Shown here one piece after another: positions 8,161-17,888 of a DNA stretch of 64,000 nucleotides. The notes under the pieces are model-generated. The model did no database searches, had not been told where the DNA came from, and saw nothing but the letters and a program-made list of their open reading frames with translations. The stretch is from Candidatus Omnitrophota bacterium (lineage in GTDB: Bacteria; Omnitrophota; Omnitrophia; Omnitrophales; Aquincolibacteriaceae), in assembly GCA_049324575.1 (NCBI GenBank), contig JBMONI010000002.1, forward strand, positions 92,804-156,803. Reading direction: 5' to 3'. Positions within the stretch are counted from its first letter, which is position 1. The number at the start of each line of letters is the position of its first letter. Both the position numbers and the translations under genes were made by a program.

Positions 8161-11100
8161 ATGACCGAACTATCGACTCATCTCGCCTCGATCGCCGTCA
8201 AAAAAAGGAACGGCCAGGAAGTCCCATTCTTCGCCGTCCGGATCCAGCGCGCCATCGCCAGCGCTTTCAAAGCGCATTGCGGACTGCCGCAGGAATCCGA
8301 CCTTCCCGAAGATCTTGCCCGCTCCGTGGAAAAGATCACCACCCAAGTCGTGGCCGGGTGCGAGACCGAAGCCGTCGACCGCAAGGTCCTTTTCATCGAA
8401 GACATCCAGGACACCGTCATCCGGACACTCGCTGCATCCGGCTTTCCGGAAATCGCCCAGCGCTATAAAGATTACCGTCATCTTCAGCAGACCGAACGCC
8501 TCGAGCACCAGCGCATCACGGTCAGGAAACGGGACGGGCGGACTGTATCGTTCAAACCCGAAAAGATCACACGCGCGATCGCAAAAGCCTTCGCTGCGGA
8601 ACTCGGAGAGGATCTTTTTCCCGAGACCGCGATCGAAGCCGCCTTGAAAGTTTCCGATGCCGTCATTCAAAAGGTCCGCGCCTTGAGCGCCGATGCTTTC
8701 ACGGTCGACATCGAGAAGATCCAGGATCTCGCGGAACTCGCTCTGATGGAGCAGGGATTCCACGATATCGCGCAGCGCTACATCCGTTATCGCGAAGACC
8801 GGCGCATGGCGCGCATCAGCGGGCCCTCCTCCCTCGCGGCCGAGACCTCGCAGCCTTCGCTTCGCCTCAAAAAAGCGAACGGAACTGTGCTCCCGCTCGA
8901 CCTTGCGCTGCTTCGCCGGATCATTCTCGACGCCTGTTTCGGCTTTGAGGACGAAGTCTCGCCTGAGCTCATTTTGAAGGCAGCCCTCCGTAATTGTGTC
9001 GATACTATGCCGGAGGAAAAGCTGATCGACGCAGTGGCCCTCGCCGTGCGACCGCTCATCGAAAAAGACACGGCCTATTCGTATATCGCCGGGCGCGTTC
9101 TGCTCAAAAAACTTTATGAAGAGGTTCACGGCGGTCCGGCCTCCAAAGAGCTCATCCGCGGCGTCTATCCCGAGCTTTTCCGGAAGGCTGTGGTGCGCGG
9201 GATCGAAGCCGAGCGACTTTCGCCCGCCATGCAGGATTACAACCTGCAGAAGCTCGGCAAAGCCCTCCGGATGGAACGCGACGAAAGCTTTCAGTTCATG
9301 GGCCTGCAGATCCTCTATGACCGGTATTTCCTCCATCACGACGGCGTCCGTTTTGAAACCCCGCAGATCTTTTGGATGCGGATCGCGATGGGCCTGGCCC
9401 TGAACGAAGGAAAGGCGAAGGATGACCGGGCGATCGAATTTTACGAAGTCCTTTCGACCTTTCGGTTCGTCAGCTCAACGCCGACGCTTTTCAACGCCGG
9501 GACCCTGCATCCCCAGCTTTCCTCCTGTTTCCTCACCACCGTCGCCGACGACCTCGACCATATCTTCAAAAGCATCAAGGACAACGCCATGCTCTCGAAG
9601 TGGAGCGGCGGCCTCGGGAACGACTGGACTTCGGTCCGGGCCATGGGCGCAAGAATCAAGGGCACGAACGGAAAAAGCCAGGGGATCATCCCGTTCCTCA
9701 AGGTCGCCAACGATACCGCGGTCGCCGTCAATCAGGGCGGAAAACGCCAGGGTGCGGTTTGCGCTTACCTGGAATGTTGGCATCTCGACTTCGAGGAATT
9801 CCTCGAACTGCGAAAAAACACCGGCGATGACCGGCGGCGCACACACGATATGCACACGGCCAGCTGGATCCCGGACCTTTTCATGAAACGGGTCCTGGCC
9901 AACGGCGACTGGACCCTTTTCAGCCCGAACGAAGTCCCGGACCTCCATGATCTTACGGGAACCGCCTTCGAGGAGCGGTACCGGGGATACGAATCCGCGG
10001 CACTCGCGGGAAAACTCCGCCAATCCAAGCGCATGCCGGCCGTTGATCTCTGGCGGAAAATTCTCACCATGCTTTTCGAAACCGGCCATCCCTGGGTCAC
10101 TTTCAAGGACCCCTCGAATATCCGCTCGCCGCAGGACCATCAAGGCGTCGTGCACAGCTCAAACCTCTGCACGGAGATCCTTCTCAATACGAACCGCGAT
10201 GAGACCGCGGTCTGCAACCTCGGTTCGCTCAACCTGGCCGCCCACATGACTTCCGGCGGCTTCGATCGAACGCTTTTGGCCGACACGGTCGGTATCGCCA
10301 TGCGCATGCTCGACAATGTCATCGACCTCAACTATTACCCGACCCCTGAGGCGAGAAACTCGAACCTCAAGCACCGGCCGGTGGGCCTCGGCCTGATGGG
10401 TTTCCAGGATTGTCTGTACCGGATGGGTGTCAGTTACGCTTCCGACGAGGCCGTCCGCTTCGCCGATGAAAGCATGGAATTCATCTCTTATCATGCTCTC
10501 CTGGCCTCGACCGAGCTTGCGCGCGAGCGAGGCCCTTACGCGTCCTTCAAAGGTTCGAAATGGGACCGCGGGATCCTGCCGTTCGATACGCTGGCGCTCC
10601 TCGAAAAAGAACGCGGAGGCTATCTCGAGATCGACCGGTCACAAACCCTGGATTGGACCCCGGTCCGTGAGGCGATCCGCCAGCACGGCATGCGCAATTG
10701 CAATACCATGGCGATCGCTCCGACCGCCACGATCGCCCAGATCGTCGGGATTACGCAGTCGATCGAGCCTCTCTATAAACATCTTTTCGCCAAAAGCAAC
10801 CTCTCGGGCGAATTCACAGCGATCAATCCTTATCTCGTGGCCGAGCTCAAGGCCCTCGGGATCTGGGATACGGGAATGATCGATGACCTGAAATATTTCG
10901 ACGGGTGCTTGGCCGAGATCGCAAGGATCCCGCAAAGCGTCAAGAACCGTTTTCCGACAGCGTTCGAGATCGATTACGAGTGGATCATCGAATGCGCGAG
11001 CAGGCGTCAGAAATGGATCGATATGGGGCAGTCCGTGAATCTGTATCTCGCGGAAGCCAGCGGCAAGAAACTGCATAGCATGTACACCCTGGCTTGGCAG

Positions 11101-11271
11101 AAAGGGTTGAAAACGACCTACTACCTGCGCTCCCTGGGCGCGACACGGATCGAGAAATCCACGCTGGACGCGAAAAAATACAAGAACACGATCGGTAAAA
11201 AAAAATTCACCCCGGAACAGACGGCCCAGTGCCGCCTCGATAACCCTGACAGTTGCGAAGCCTGTCAGTAA
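8161..11271 (+). CDS. nrdA: Class I ribonucleoside-diphosphate reductase alpha subunit with N-terminal ATP-cone(s)
   Basis: ATG at 8161 preceded by AAGGAG (the ORF-track start at 8098 is an upstream extension). ATP-cone VKKRNGQEVPF..., active-site region NLCTEILLNTNRDETAVCNLGSLNLAAH. Confidence 0.93.
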   Translation: MTELSTHLASIAVKKRNGQEVPFFAVRIQRAIASAFKAHCGLPQESDLPEDLARSVEKITTQVVAGCETEAVDRKVLFIEDIQDTVIRTLAASGFPEIAQRYKDYRHLQQTERLEHQRITVRKRDGRTVSFKPEKITRAIAKAFAAELGEDLFPETAIEAALKVSDAVIQKVRALSADAFTVDIEKIQDLAELALMEQGFHDIAQRYIRYREDRRMARISGPSSLAAETSQPSLRLKKANGTVLPLDLALLRRIILDACFGFEDEVSPELILKAALRNCVDTMPEEKLIDAVALAVRPLIEKDTAYSYIAGRVLLKKLYEEVHGGPASKELIRGVYPELFRKAVVRGIEAERLSPAMQDYNLQKLGKALRMERDESFQFMGLQILYDRYFLHHDGVRFETPQIFWMRIAMGLALNEGKAKDDRAIEFYEVLSTFRFVSSTPTLFNAGTLHPQLSSCFLTTVADDLDHIFKSIKDNAMLSKWSGGLGNDWTSVRAMGARIKGTNGKSQGIIPFLKVANDTAVAVNQGGKRQGAVCAYLECWHLDFEEFLELRKNTGDDRRRTHDMHTASWIPDLFMKRVLANGDWTLFSPNEVPDLHDLTGTAFEERYRGYESAALAGKLRQSKRMPAVDLWRKILTMLFETGHPWVTFKDPSNIRSPQDHQGVVHSSNLCTEILLNTNRDETAVCNLGSLNLAAHMTSGGFDRTLLADTVGIAMRMLDNVIDLNYYPTPEARNSNLKHRPVGLGLMGFQDCLYRMGVSYASDEAVRFADESMEFISYHALLASTELARERGPYASFKGSKWDRGILPFDTLALLEKERGGYLEIDRSQTLDWTPVREAIRQHGMRNCNTMAIAPTATIAQIVGITQSIEPLYKHLFAKSNLSGEFTAINPYLVAELKALGIWDTGMIDDLKYFDGCLAEIARIPQSVKNRFPTAFEIDYEWIIECASRRQKWIDMGQSVNLYLAEASGKKLHSMYTLAWQKGLKTTYYLRSLGATRIEKSTLDAKKYKNTIGKKKFTPEQTAQCRLDNPDSCEACQ

Positions 11272-11451
11272 AAGAATTTGAAATGAAAAACAGAAATCCG
11301 AACACGGAAAATTCGAAACAACCGCGAAACTCTAAATTCGAAAGGGTCCAGCCCGGACGTTTTTCGGGCCTTGCATTTTCCGATTTCACGTTTGTTTCGA
11401 ATCTCTTATTTATAATTTCGGATTTGCCAACATCAAAATAAGGAGGCTGTG

Positions 11452-12507
11452 ATGAATAAAAAAGACTACATCATTCCGATGACCAAGGAGCGGATCCGCA
11501 TCGAGGACAAGCGGATCATCAATAACAAGGCCGTCGACGTAAACCAGCTGATCCCGATCAAATATGAATGGGCATGGCAGTATTATCTCGACGGATGCGC
11601 GAACCACTGGATGCCGCAGGAGATCTCCATGCAACGTGACATCGAGCAGTGGAAAGACCCGAAAGCCTTCTCTGACGATGAGCGTCTCATGTTCAAGCGG
11701 AACCTCGGATTCTTCACGACCTCCGACACGCTTGTCGCGAACAATATCATCCTGGCGATCTACCGCTACGTCACAGCCCCCGAGATCCGCCAGTATTTCC
11801 TCCGCCAAGCCTTCGAAGAGGCTGTTCACACCCACGCTTACCAGTACATCCCGCAATCACTTGCCTTTGACGAAGGCGAGCTCTACAACATGTACCGCGA
11901 GATCCCGTCGATGCATGCCAAAGCAGAGTTCGAAGCCGAACTCACCGCTGATATCCTGAAACCGGACTTCGAAACCGACTCTTTTGAAGGCCGCCAGCGG
12001 CTTTTGAGCAATTTAATCGGTTATTACGGAGTCACCGAAGGGATCTTTTTCTACGCGGCCTTTGTCATGCTGCTTTCCTTCGGCCGGCACAACAAATTGC
12101 CCGGCATGTGCGAGCAGGTCCAGTACATTCTCCGCGACGAAAGCATGCACCTCAATTTCGGACTGCATTTGATCAACGAGATCATCCGGGAGGAGCCGGC
12201 CATCTGGACCCCGGCTATGCGGGAAGAGACCGTACACAAATTCAAGAAAGGCGTGGAACTCGAGGTCGAATATGCCAAAGACTGTCTGCCGAACGGGCTC
12301 ATGGGCCTGACCCTGGACCTGATCCGCGAATACATCCAGCATATCGCGGACCGCCGGCTCGAAAGGCTCGGGCTTCCGGTCCAGTTCCCGAAGGCCGGGA
12401 ACCCTTTCCCCTGGATGAGCGAGATCATCGACCTGAGAAAAGAAAAGAATTTCTTCGAAACGCGCGTGACGGAATATCAGACCGGCGGAACGCTTGACTG
12501 GAGCTGA
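11452..12507 (+). CDS. nrdB: Class I ribonucleotide reductase beta subunit (ferritin-like, di-iron/tyrosyl radical)
   Basis: MNKKDYIIPMTKERIRIEDKRIINNKAVDVNQLIPIKYEWAWQYYLDGCANHWMPQEI...; RBS AGGAGG at 11441-11446; the GTG at 11449 is a 1-codon extension. Confidence 0.93.
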   Translation: MNKKDYIIPMTKERIRIEDKRIINNKAVDVNQLIPIKYEWAWQYYLDGCANHWMPQEISMQRDIEQWKDPKAFSDDERLMFKRNLGFFTTSDTLVANNIILAIYRYVTAPEIRQYFLRQAFEEAVHTHAYQYIPQSLAFDEGELYNMYREIPSMHAKAEFEAELTADILKPDFETDSFEGRQRLLSNLIGYYGVTEGIFFYAAFVMLLSFGRHNKLPGMCEQVQYILRDESMHLNFGLHLINEIIREEPAIWTPAMREETVHKFKKGVELEVEYAKDCLPNGLMGLTLDLIREYIQHIADRRLERLGLPVQFPKAGNPFPWMSEIIDLRKEKNFFETRVTEYQTGGTLDWS

Positions 12508-12534
12508 GCCGGCGCTATTTTCAAAAGCCCGGGC

Positions 12535-13269
12535 TCAAGACTGAATGCTGGCGATGATCCGGTCGCGGGTCTCTTCGCGCAGTTTCTCGAAGTCACCCGC
12601 CTGCAGCAATGCCGTTTCGACCGGCTCCAGGATGCGGATCCGGCAATAGACCTTGGTCGTAAAGACCCAGCTGTGCTTGGGCAAGGCATCGATCGTCCCT
12701 CCGATCGAGACCGGCAGGATCGGCAGTTTATGTTTGATCGCCAGTTTGAAAGCCCCGTTCTGAAATTCCTGGACCTCCCCCGTGCGGCTGCGTGTCCCTT
12801 CCGGAAAAAAAAGGACGGACATCCCCTTGGCCAGCCAATCGGAAGCTTCGCGATAGACTTGTTTGATGCTCGAAGCCTCACCACGACGAAGGCGGATATG
12901 CCGGCAAAGGCTGAGGCACCAACCGAGGGGCGGGACCTTGAAAAGACTGTCTTTAACGACCCATTTGAACTGCAGATGGGTCTGATAGATCACGGGGATA
13001 TCCCCGAGGCTCTGGTGATTCGCCACGATCACATAGGTCCGTCTGGGATCGACACGCTCCCGGCCCTCGATCTTGAGCGACCAGAAAGGGTTCGGCCGGA
13101 TCATGACGTCCGACCACCAGTAGCATTGGGCATGGGCGAGGCGGCGATCGGGATCCAGCGGAAAGGTCAGCAGGACGATCACCGCCTGCACGAGGGCTAG
13201 CACGGCGGTCGTCACAAAAAAATTCAGCCAGATGAAGGGCGAGATCAGATAACAAATAAAACGGGGCAT
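12535..13269 (-). CDS. plsC: 1-acyl-sn-glycerol-3-phosphate acyltransferase
   Basis: HX4D acyltransferase motif (VANHQSLGDIP), FPEGTRS motif; start trimmed to ATG 13269 (MPRFICYL...) with GGAGGAG RBS. The track's 13527 start is an upstream extension. Confidence 0.85.
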   Translation of the reverse strand: MPRFICYLISPFIWLNFFVTTAVLALVQAVIVLLTFPLDPDRRLAHAQCYWWSDVMIRPNPFWSLKIEGRERVDPRRTYVIVANHQSLGDIPVIYQTHLQFKWVVKDSLFKVPPLGWCLSLCRHIRLRRGEASSIKQVYREASDWLAKGMSVLFFPEGTRSRTGEVQEFQNGAFKLAIKHKLPILPVSIGGTIDALPKHSWVFTTKVYCRIRILEPVETALLQAGDFEKLREETRDRIIASIQS

Positions 13270-13303
13270 GTTCTTTTTCTCCTCCGAAGCGGCGCAGTGA
13301 ATC

Positions 13304-14137
13304 TCATTTGGTCTGAAGAAAACGCGCGGGGGGTTTGATCCTCTTAGACCGCATCGCCTGATAGACCAACCGGTCGAGATCTTCTTTGGAAAGACCGCGG
13401 AACAATTGCCCGCCGAAAGCCACGCTGATCTCCCCGCGCTCTTCGGAAGCGACAAGGCTGAGCGCGTCTGCCTTTTCCGTGATGCCGATCGCCGAACGGT
13501 GCCGGGTCCCGACCCCCAGAGGGACATTCGGACCAGAGGCCAGAGGCAGGATCACTTTCAGCGCGCGGATCCTCCCCTTGCGAATGAGGATCGCTCCGTC
13601 ATGGACCGGCGATTCATGCGAAAAAAGAGAAAGCAGGATCTCCGATTTTACCTCGCCGTCGAAAGAAAAACCCTTGGAAAGGAACGGTGAAAGGTCGGAG
13701 CGTCTTTCAAGAACGATCAAAGCGCCCATCTTTTTTGCGGCCATGGCCTCGAGGGCGCGCGTGATCTCCGCCAAATAGACCGGCAAGCCAAATTTGCGGC
13801 GGAGCCGCCACCACGTCCTGAAACGCCCCCAGAGTCCCAACAGCATTTGAAAGCTGAGCAAGAGGAAGCCGAACGTCACAAGGGCCATCTGGACCCCGTC
13901 GAGAAAACGGACTGTGAGGATCCCGGTCAGGATCCATCGGACCGCGGTCCAGAGGCAAAAAGCGCCGGCCCCATAGCGTAAAAGACGGTTCCCGCAAGAA
14001 TCGGCGGGATGGTAAAGAATGAAACCAAAGCCCGTGAGAAGGGCCAGCCAGAAAAGGATCGGAGTTAGCGCATCAAAATTCATAGGAAGGTCATCTCGGT
14101 CATGAAATGGGATTATAAACGAAAAGAGCCGGTTCAT
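13304..14137 (-). CDS. cdaA: Diadenylate cyclase (c-di-AMP synthase), membrane-anchored CdaA type
   Basis: Three N-terminal TM helices then DisA_N motifs HDGAILI and GTRHRSAIGITEKADALSLVASEERGEISVA (DGA / RHR). Start codon sits in the loop of hairpin 14124..14148. Confidence 0.8.
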   Translation of the reverse strand: MNRLFSFIIPFHDRDDLPMNFDALTPILFWLALLTGFGFILYHPADSCGNRLLRYGAGAFCLWTAVRWILTGILTVRFLDGVQMALVTFGFLLLSFQMLLGLWGRFRTWWRLRRKFGLPVYLAEITRALEAMAAKKMGALIVLERRSDLSPFLSKGFSFDGEVKSEILLSLFSHESPVHDGAILIRKGRIRALKVILPLASGPNVPLGVGTRHRSAIGITEKADALSLVASEERGEISVAFGGQLFRGLSKEDLDRLVYQAMRSKRIKPPARFLQTK

Positions 14138-14148
14138 CACCGGCTCTT
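14124..14148. repeat. 9-bp perfect stem hairpin AAGAGCCGG-ttcatca-CCGGCTCTT enclosing the cdaA ATG/GTG start; terminator-like when read on the plus strand (followed by TTTTTG)
   Basis: Read directly from 14121-14150. Confidence 0.6.
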
Positions 14149-14197
14149 TTTGCTGTCTTATCTAGGGGCATCTGACAAAACTGACTTCGCGATTGTT

Positions 14198-14227
14198 CTG
14201 GAGGGCAGGTTTAAACCTGCCCTCCAG
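14198..14227. repeat. Perfect inverted repeat CTGGAGGGCAGG-tttaaa-CCTGCCCTCCAG (12-bp arms)
   Basis: Read directly; lies about 175 nt downstream of the 14401 gene on the minus strand and upstream of cdaA; no adjoining U-tract. Confidence 0.7.
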
Positions 14228-14400
14228 GTTCTGTTAGACGCTCTATGTCATAAAAACATCCGCTACGCCTGCGAGATTAGCTTGGGATTAGGACTGCGGA
14301 TTAGCCCCCGGCCTTGCGACCGTTCACCCCGGTTCAGGTTCTCCCGCTCCCGGTCACCCGGGATTTGGCGGCGTATCCTGTAAAAGATACGCGAACGCAA

Positions 14401-14769
14401 TTACATCGCGACTTCCGGAGCGACAGCAGCGGCTTCTTCAGCCACCGGAGCAACTTCTTCGGCTGCCGGCGCAGCTTCCGCTGCGACAACCTCCTCCACG
14501 CTCACCGACACGGCCTCGAGGGTCACATCGTCCTGTTCGACGACGACATTCTGCCCCACCAAGGTCGTCGGATCCGTCACGCCTTCCGGCCACACGGTCG
14601 TATCCACATAATTCACCTGGACCGAACCATCGACCGTCGCAACCTCAAGGGCCATCGCCTCCGCATCCACGGAAACGACCGCGCCTTCCACGGTTGCGGC
14701 ATACGACACGCCGCTCAACATCACCACAGCGACGACAAGCAATACCACGACTTGAAGTGTCTTTTTCAT
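14401..14769 (-). CDS. Hypothetical secreted protein (signal peptide; Val/Glu/Ala-rich repeats)
   Basis: MKKTLQVVVLLVVAVVMLSGVSYAATVEG... signal peptide; low-complexity EAV-repeat body; no recognised domain. Confidence 0.5.
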   Translation of the reverse strand: MKKTLQVVVLLVVAVVMLSGVSYAATVEGAVVSVDAEAMALEVATVDGSVQVNYVDTTVWPEGVTDPTTLVGQNVVVEQDDVTLEAVSVSVEEVVAAEAAPAAEEVAPVAEEAAAVAPEVAM

Positions 14770-15252
14770 TCAATTCACCTCCCTTCCTTTAAAGGATCGT
14801 TCCGCGCAAAGTTCGCGCGGATCACTGATTTTTATTCAAAAAACCGTTTTTGAATAAAAAAAACCATTTAATTTTAACTGCCATGCCGCTCCGCTGAGCC
14901 GGTCATCACAGCAAAATTAAATGGTCGCTACTCTTTTGCTTCCGTCAAAACGAGACTTGCGGTCCCGTTCTGCTACCCCGGCTTTCTTCATACGGAAAGC
15001 CTTTATCTTCAATACGGGGATATTTCGGACTATGTTCTCTCCTTATGACAGGGCGATCGCAAAAACGCGTATCAGACTAGCATCAAAACCTTGATTGTCA
15101 ATCGGGTATTTAGATGCTTGGGAAGGCCGATTATTCAAAAGACAAAAGCCAAACTCCCCGATGCCCGCTTAGCCTCGCGGGCTTGAAGCGTCATAACTTA
15201 TTTCAAGACAATGGGTTAGAAAAACAACGGTTCCGCTTTTCAAAAATAGACC

Positions 15253-15984
15253 CTAGCCGATATTTTTCAGGATTTCCTCGAAAGCCGGCGGAAGTTCGGC
15301 CGTCACGGTCATCTCCTGGCAGGTTTCTGGATGACGGAAAGTGATCGAGGAAGCATGCAGCATCAACCGCTTGGCCCCGATCTTTCCGCGAAGATTCTTA
15401 TTCATCCGGAAATCCCCATAGATCTCGTCCCCGACGATCGGCCAGCCCCGGAAGGCCGCTTGAATACGGATCTGATGGGTCTTCCCGGTCACCAGGAGGA
15501 TCTCGAGGAGGGAAAGATGCATCCCTTGGAAATATTTTTCAAGACGATAGGTCAAGACCGCATTGGGCGCTTTCCCTTTAAGGATCAAGGAGCGTACCGC
15601 GCTTCGTCCGATCTTTTTGATCAGATGATCGCGCCAGGCCCCCTCACGCGGATGGACCCGCCCCAAGGCAAGCGCCCGGTAGATTTTCCTGATCTCCCCT
15701 TTTTCAAACTGTTCCCGACAAACTTCCGCTGACCGATGGGTCTTAGCCGCCAGAAGAACACCGGAAGTATCCTGGTCAAGGCGGTGGATCAACCACAGCG
15801 GTCCTCCGGCCGACTCGAAAACTCTTCGCGCAGGATCGTACTTTCCTTCAAAAGCGCACCGCCCGGAAGCTCTTCCGGGATTTGGATGGGAGAGGACCCC
15901 TTCGGGTTTTTCGACGATCAAAAGATCCGAATCCTCATAGAGGATGGGAGAGGTTGTCATTTGGTTTTTCGGGAACATCGTCAT
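15253..15984 (-). CDS. RluA-family 23S/tRNA pseudouridine synthase
   Basis: HRLDQDTSGVLLAAKT (catalytic Asp motif) and GKTHQIRIQ; start trimmed to ATG 15984 (MTMFPKNQ...); the track's 16209 extension overlaps the neighbouring gene. Confidence 0.85.
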   Translation of the reverse strand: MTMFPKNQMTTSPILYEDSDLLIVEKPEGVLSHPNPGRASGRCAFEGKYDPARRVFESAGGPLWLIHRLDQDTSGVLLAAKTHRSAEVCREQFEKGEIRKIYRALALGRVHPREGAWRDHLIKKIGRSAVRSLILKGKAPNAVLTYRLEKYFQGMHLSLLEILLVTGKTHQIRIQAAFRGWPIVGDEIYGDFRMNKNLRGKIGAKRLMLHASSITFRHPETCQEMTVTAELPPAFEEILKNIG

Positions 15985-16021
15985 TCGCGCTGTCTCCCAA
16001 AAGATCCGCAGCGCCTCCGGT

Positions 16022-17773
16022 TCATTCCCGCAACGCCTCCAAAAGGGCCTGAGCGGCAGCCTCGGGCCCGGAACGCTCGTTGCCTGAGATCCCCAGGCGG
16101 GTACGGATCTGACCAACCGCGATCTTTTTCTCGAAGAACATACCGAAGAACCGGCGGGCGCATTCGTCATGGAGCTCTTTATACTGGGCAGGCCCGAAGA
16201 TATTGGCAAAATAGGAATGAACGATCCCGGTCGAAGTTGTCGTTCCTTTGCTCATGACCGCCCCGGCACGAAAGACCTTCAGCGCATTCTCCGGATCATG
16301 GAACTTTTCAAGGATCGGATGCTCTTCGTCAACCTGCTCATAGTTATTCGCATAAAGAACCATATCGACAGAAAATCCGCGGACCACGTTCTCGAAGCTT
16401 GTGACCGGAAGGACAATGCGTGCATTAACTTTATTCGGGCTCATAATGACCGCCCGGTCCATTTGCCCGAAAGCGTAACCAGGCTGAAGATCATCCAACC
16501 GAAGAAAAGCCCCGATCTCGGTGCCGTACCCAAGGATCTCCCCCGACGGTCCCAGTCCGAGAGAACCCATATCGTCCGCCACAATGGTCATATCCTGAAT
16601 CTGGTCGGAGCCAATCGTTCTCAGCGCTTCCAGGGTCTCGGATTTCCCCGCTCCGGTATCCCCGATGAAAAGAACCGTTTTCTCATAATCTCCCTTTAAG
16701 ATCAGCCGGACCAAAGCCCCGTGGAACGGCAAACGGCCCCGTTTCATCATGAGGATATTGTGGAGCGTTAGCACCATTTTCTTTAAATAGCCGAAATAAC
16801 CAAAGTGATCCTCTCCCGGGACCGCCGCGACCATCATGGCGTTCGTTTCATCCTCGTAAAAGACCGAAGGAAGATCCCCGAATTTTTTCAAACCCCCTCC
16901 GGGAACACCGAAAACATAAACTGCGTCTGGCTTCTTTTCGAGGTCCTCATCATTCGCGATCTCAAAAAGATTGCACAGGGAAAAACCCAGTTCGTAAAAT
17001 TTTTGATGAAAATAGATCAGGATCGTCAGCTCACCGACCTTCGCGGGATAACATAGCCACTCCGTGGCTTCGAGCCCAGGAAGATCCTCCAGCGGATTTT
17101 CCATTACACGGGCAAATTTTCCGGAGCGTTTGTTCTGCGGCGGGTTCAAGATCAGCGGTGGGTATAAAAGCATCTGGCGGATCACCGGCACGCTGAGCAG
17201 TTTTTGATAGCTCCCCCCGGGAAGCGGTACCGGGAGCGGGAGTGAAATCACCGCTGCCTCGGCGCCGGCCCGGACCTGGCGGTAGGTGCGTGGCGGACGA
17301 TCCGTAATGTTTTCCTCGATGTCGCGGTAAGTCCCCCGTGCCAAATGCGTCAACTGTTCGATCGTGTTATTGAACGTTTTGGAAGGCCGGCGGTGGAGGT
17401 CCGTCCCGGTTGAATCGCAAATGATAAACCGGTCAAAGCTCCGCCAATAGTTATAAAGATATTCGACGAAATCGTTCAAAAGCCCCGGGTCCCGGAAGAA
17501 CTTTTCGCCGCCCGGAACGACGTTCGGCACCAGGGAGCCCGGCATTTTCGCAAGGAAGCGGAGCGTTTCGATGAGAGCCCGGAGATCCTGGTCCCCCGGC
17601 TCAAACGTATCGAAAACGCGAAGCAGGACCGATCGGCGCGCGACCAGGCGGCGAACGGCATGATCGAGGACGACCCGAAAAAGCTCGCTTTCGAGAAGCT
17701 CATCCGCCGTTTCACAAATACGGGTCTTGATGCGCAGGATGACTTTATTTTCGAATATTTGAAAACTGCTCAT
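16022..17773 (-). CDS. Uncharacterised 583-aa protein whose C-terminal half is HPr kinase/phosphorylase (HprK C-domain)-like P-loop
   Basis: FHGALVRLILKGDYEKTVLFIGDTGAGKSETLEALRTIGSDQIQDMTIVADDMGSL matches the HprK pattern HG...GdSGiGKSE...LvADD; the N-terminal roughly 250 aa were not recognised. Confidence 0.55.
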   Translation of the reverse strand: MSSFQIFENKVILRIKTRICETADELLESELFRVVLDHAVRRLVARRSVLLRVFDTFEPGDQDLRALIETLRFLAKMPGSLVPNVVPGGEKFFRDPGLLNDFVEYLYNYWRSFDRFIICDSTGTDLHRRPSKTFNNTIEQLTHLARGTYRDIEENITDRPPRTYRQVRAGAEAAVISLPLPVPLPGGSYQKLLSVPVIRQMLLYPPLILNPPQNKRSGKFARVMENPLEDLPGLEATEWLCYPAKVGELTILIYFHQKFYELGFSLCNLFEIANDEDLEKKPDAVYVFGVPGGGLKKFGDLPSVFYEDETNAMMVAAVPGEDHFGYFGYLKKMVLTLHNILMMKRGRLPFHGALVRLILKGDYEKTVLFIGDTGAGKSETLEALRTIGSDQIQDMTIVADDMGSLGLGPSGEILGYGTEIGAFLRLDDLQPGYAFGQMDRAVIMSPNKVNARIVLPVTSFENVVRGFSVDMVLYANNYEQVDEEHPILEKFHDPENALKVFRAGAVMSKGTTTSTGIVHSYFANIFGPAQYKELHDECARRFFGMFFEKKIAVGQIRTRLGISGNERSGPEAAAQALLEALRE

Positions 17774-17888
17774 GGCTTCAACTCTCCGGATCCGGCACGG
17801 TTTTAAACGCTATTATACCCAACTGTTAAATAAAAGAAGGATGAATTTTGGAATCTCCTCGCTGGCCCGCTTCGCCGCGAAAAGGGTT

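Noticed and set aside
9475-10155. Minus-strand ORFs inside nrdA (9475..10155, 8170..9339 and others)
   Set aside because: Antisense shadows of a highly conserved plus-strand gene.
13270-13527. N-terminal extension of plsC to 13527 (track)
   Set aside because: The extension overlaps cdaA; internal ATG 13269 has a GGAGGAG RBS and yields a normal-length PlsC.
15985-16209. N-terminal extension of the RluA-family gene to 16209
   Set aside because: It would overlap the 3' end of the upstream HprK-like gene by about 190 nt; ATG 15984 gives a standard-length enzyme.
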